DNA of 63,562 nucleotides, filler included, from Conidiobolus incongruus B7586 (taxonomy: Eukaryota): assembly GCA_000697335.1 (NCBI GenBank). It is 6 parts of 6 records of this genome, joined end to end, with 100 filler letters (N's around TTAATTAATTAA, not from the genome) between each part and the next. Parts side by side here need not be neighbours in the genome. Positions count along the whole stretch, not along the records: positions 60,960 to 63,562 come from JNEM01006060.1; 5 more parts are not named here. One strand, 5' to 3'. Shown here one piece after another: positions 63,121 through 63,562 of the stretch. The position numbers and the translations under genes are program-made. The number at the start of each line of letters is the position of its first letter. Position 1 is the first letter of the stretch. Under the pieces are notes generated by a model that worked only from the letters and a program-made list of their open reading frames with translations, had not been told where the DNA came from and made no database searches.

Positions 63121-63562
63121 ATTCTATATATTTTTTTAAGATATTTATCTTTTTTATTAAATTCACTAAAATATAATTTTATTTCATAAATTAAATAACT
63201 ATATTTTAAATATTTTTATTATAATATTAATAATAGTATTTAATTTTTATTTGATTTTAAAATAAGATTTTTTTAGTTAAAGGTGTTTTTTCTTAAAATA
63301 TAAATAATATCTAAGTTAATATAAAGTATTTATAATAGTATTAATATTAACTAATATTTTTATATAGTCTTAAAATTCTTGTGGTATTTTTATAATAATA
63401 TTATATTTACCTATATTAACTAATCTATAGATATAGTTTTTATTATATTTATTTATAATCTTATTATACTTAAATCTAAATTTAAATATATCTATATTAT
63501 TATTGTTAATAACTTTAACTATAGTAAACTAACTAACATTCATAATTCTAATAATAATATTA
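63121..63562 (-). mobile_element. Older Tc1-like copy, continuation (5' part, runs off the window)
   Basis: Resumes collinearity with the younger copy from about 62290 onward (e.g. taaaatataattttatttcataaattaaataac vs taaaatataactttgtttcatcagactaaataac). Confidence 0.75.

Noticed and set aside
1..63562. CRISPR arrays, rRNA genes or prokaryotic operons
   Set aside because: None seen; the window is intron-containing eukaryotic DNA.

Overview
Very AT-rich eukaryotic genomic scaffold with short (about 45-75 nt) GT-AG introns. Gene content points to an early-diverging fungus; an entomophthoralean such as Conidiobolus is an inference, not shown by the sequence. About 20 protein-coding genes are present: enoyl-CoA isomerase, Kex1-like carboxypeptidase, a DUF1115-like protein, SF3B2, YOS9, three orphan secreted proteins, RPS23, eIF2-gamma, MSH1, CWC22, an FAD-binding oxidoreductase, UTP10, ATG10, MOCS2B, RPN10, NSUN2 and ABCF2 (both cut by a gap), and a TRAF7-like E3 ligase. 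There are also three tRNAs (Phe-GAA, iMet, Gly-UCC), an expansin-like pseudogene and five 100-nt artificial gaps. The right end is a transposon graveyard: a chromovirus relic plus an IR/DR Tc1 element nested inside an older relative, all heavily C>T/G>A mutated and lacking CpG. The most interesting signals are: (1) an orientation-biased ATCCCAYAAW motif about 75-220 nt upstream of most housekeeping genes; (2) an unassigned, extensively base-paired ncRNA candidate of about 310 nt at 47986-48297; (3) RIP-like hypermutation of repeats; (4) a fungal orthologue of animal TRAF7. All family assignments come from motif recognition by eye; no database searches were run.
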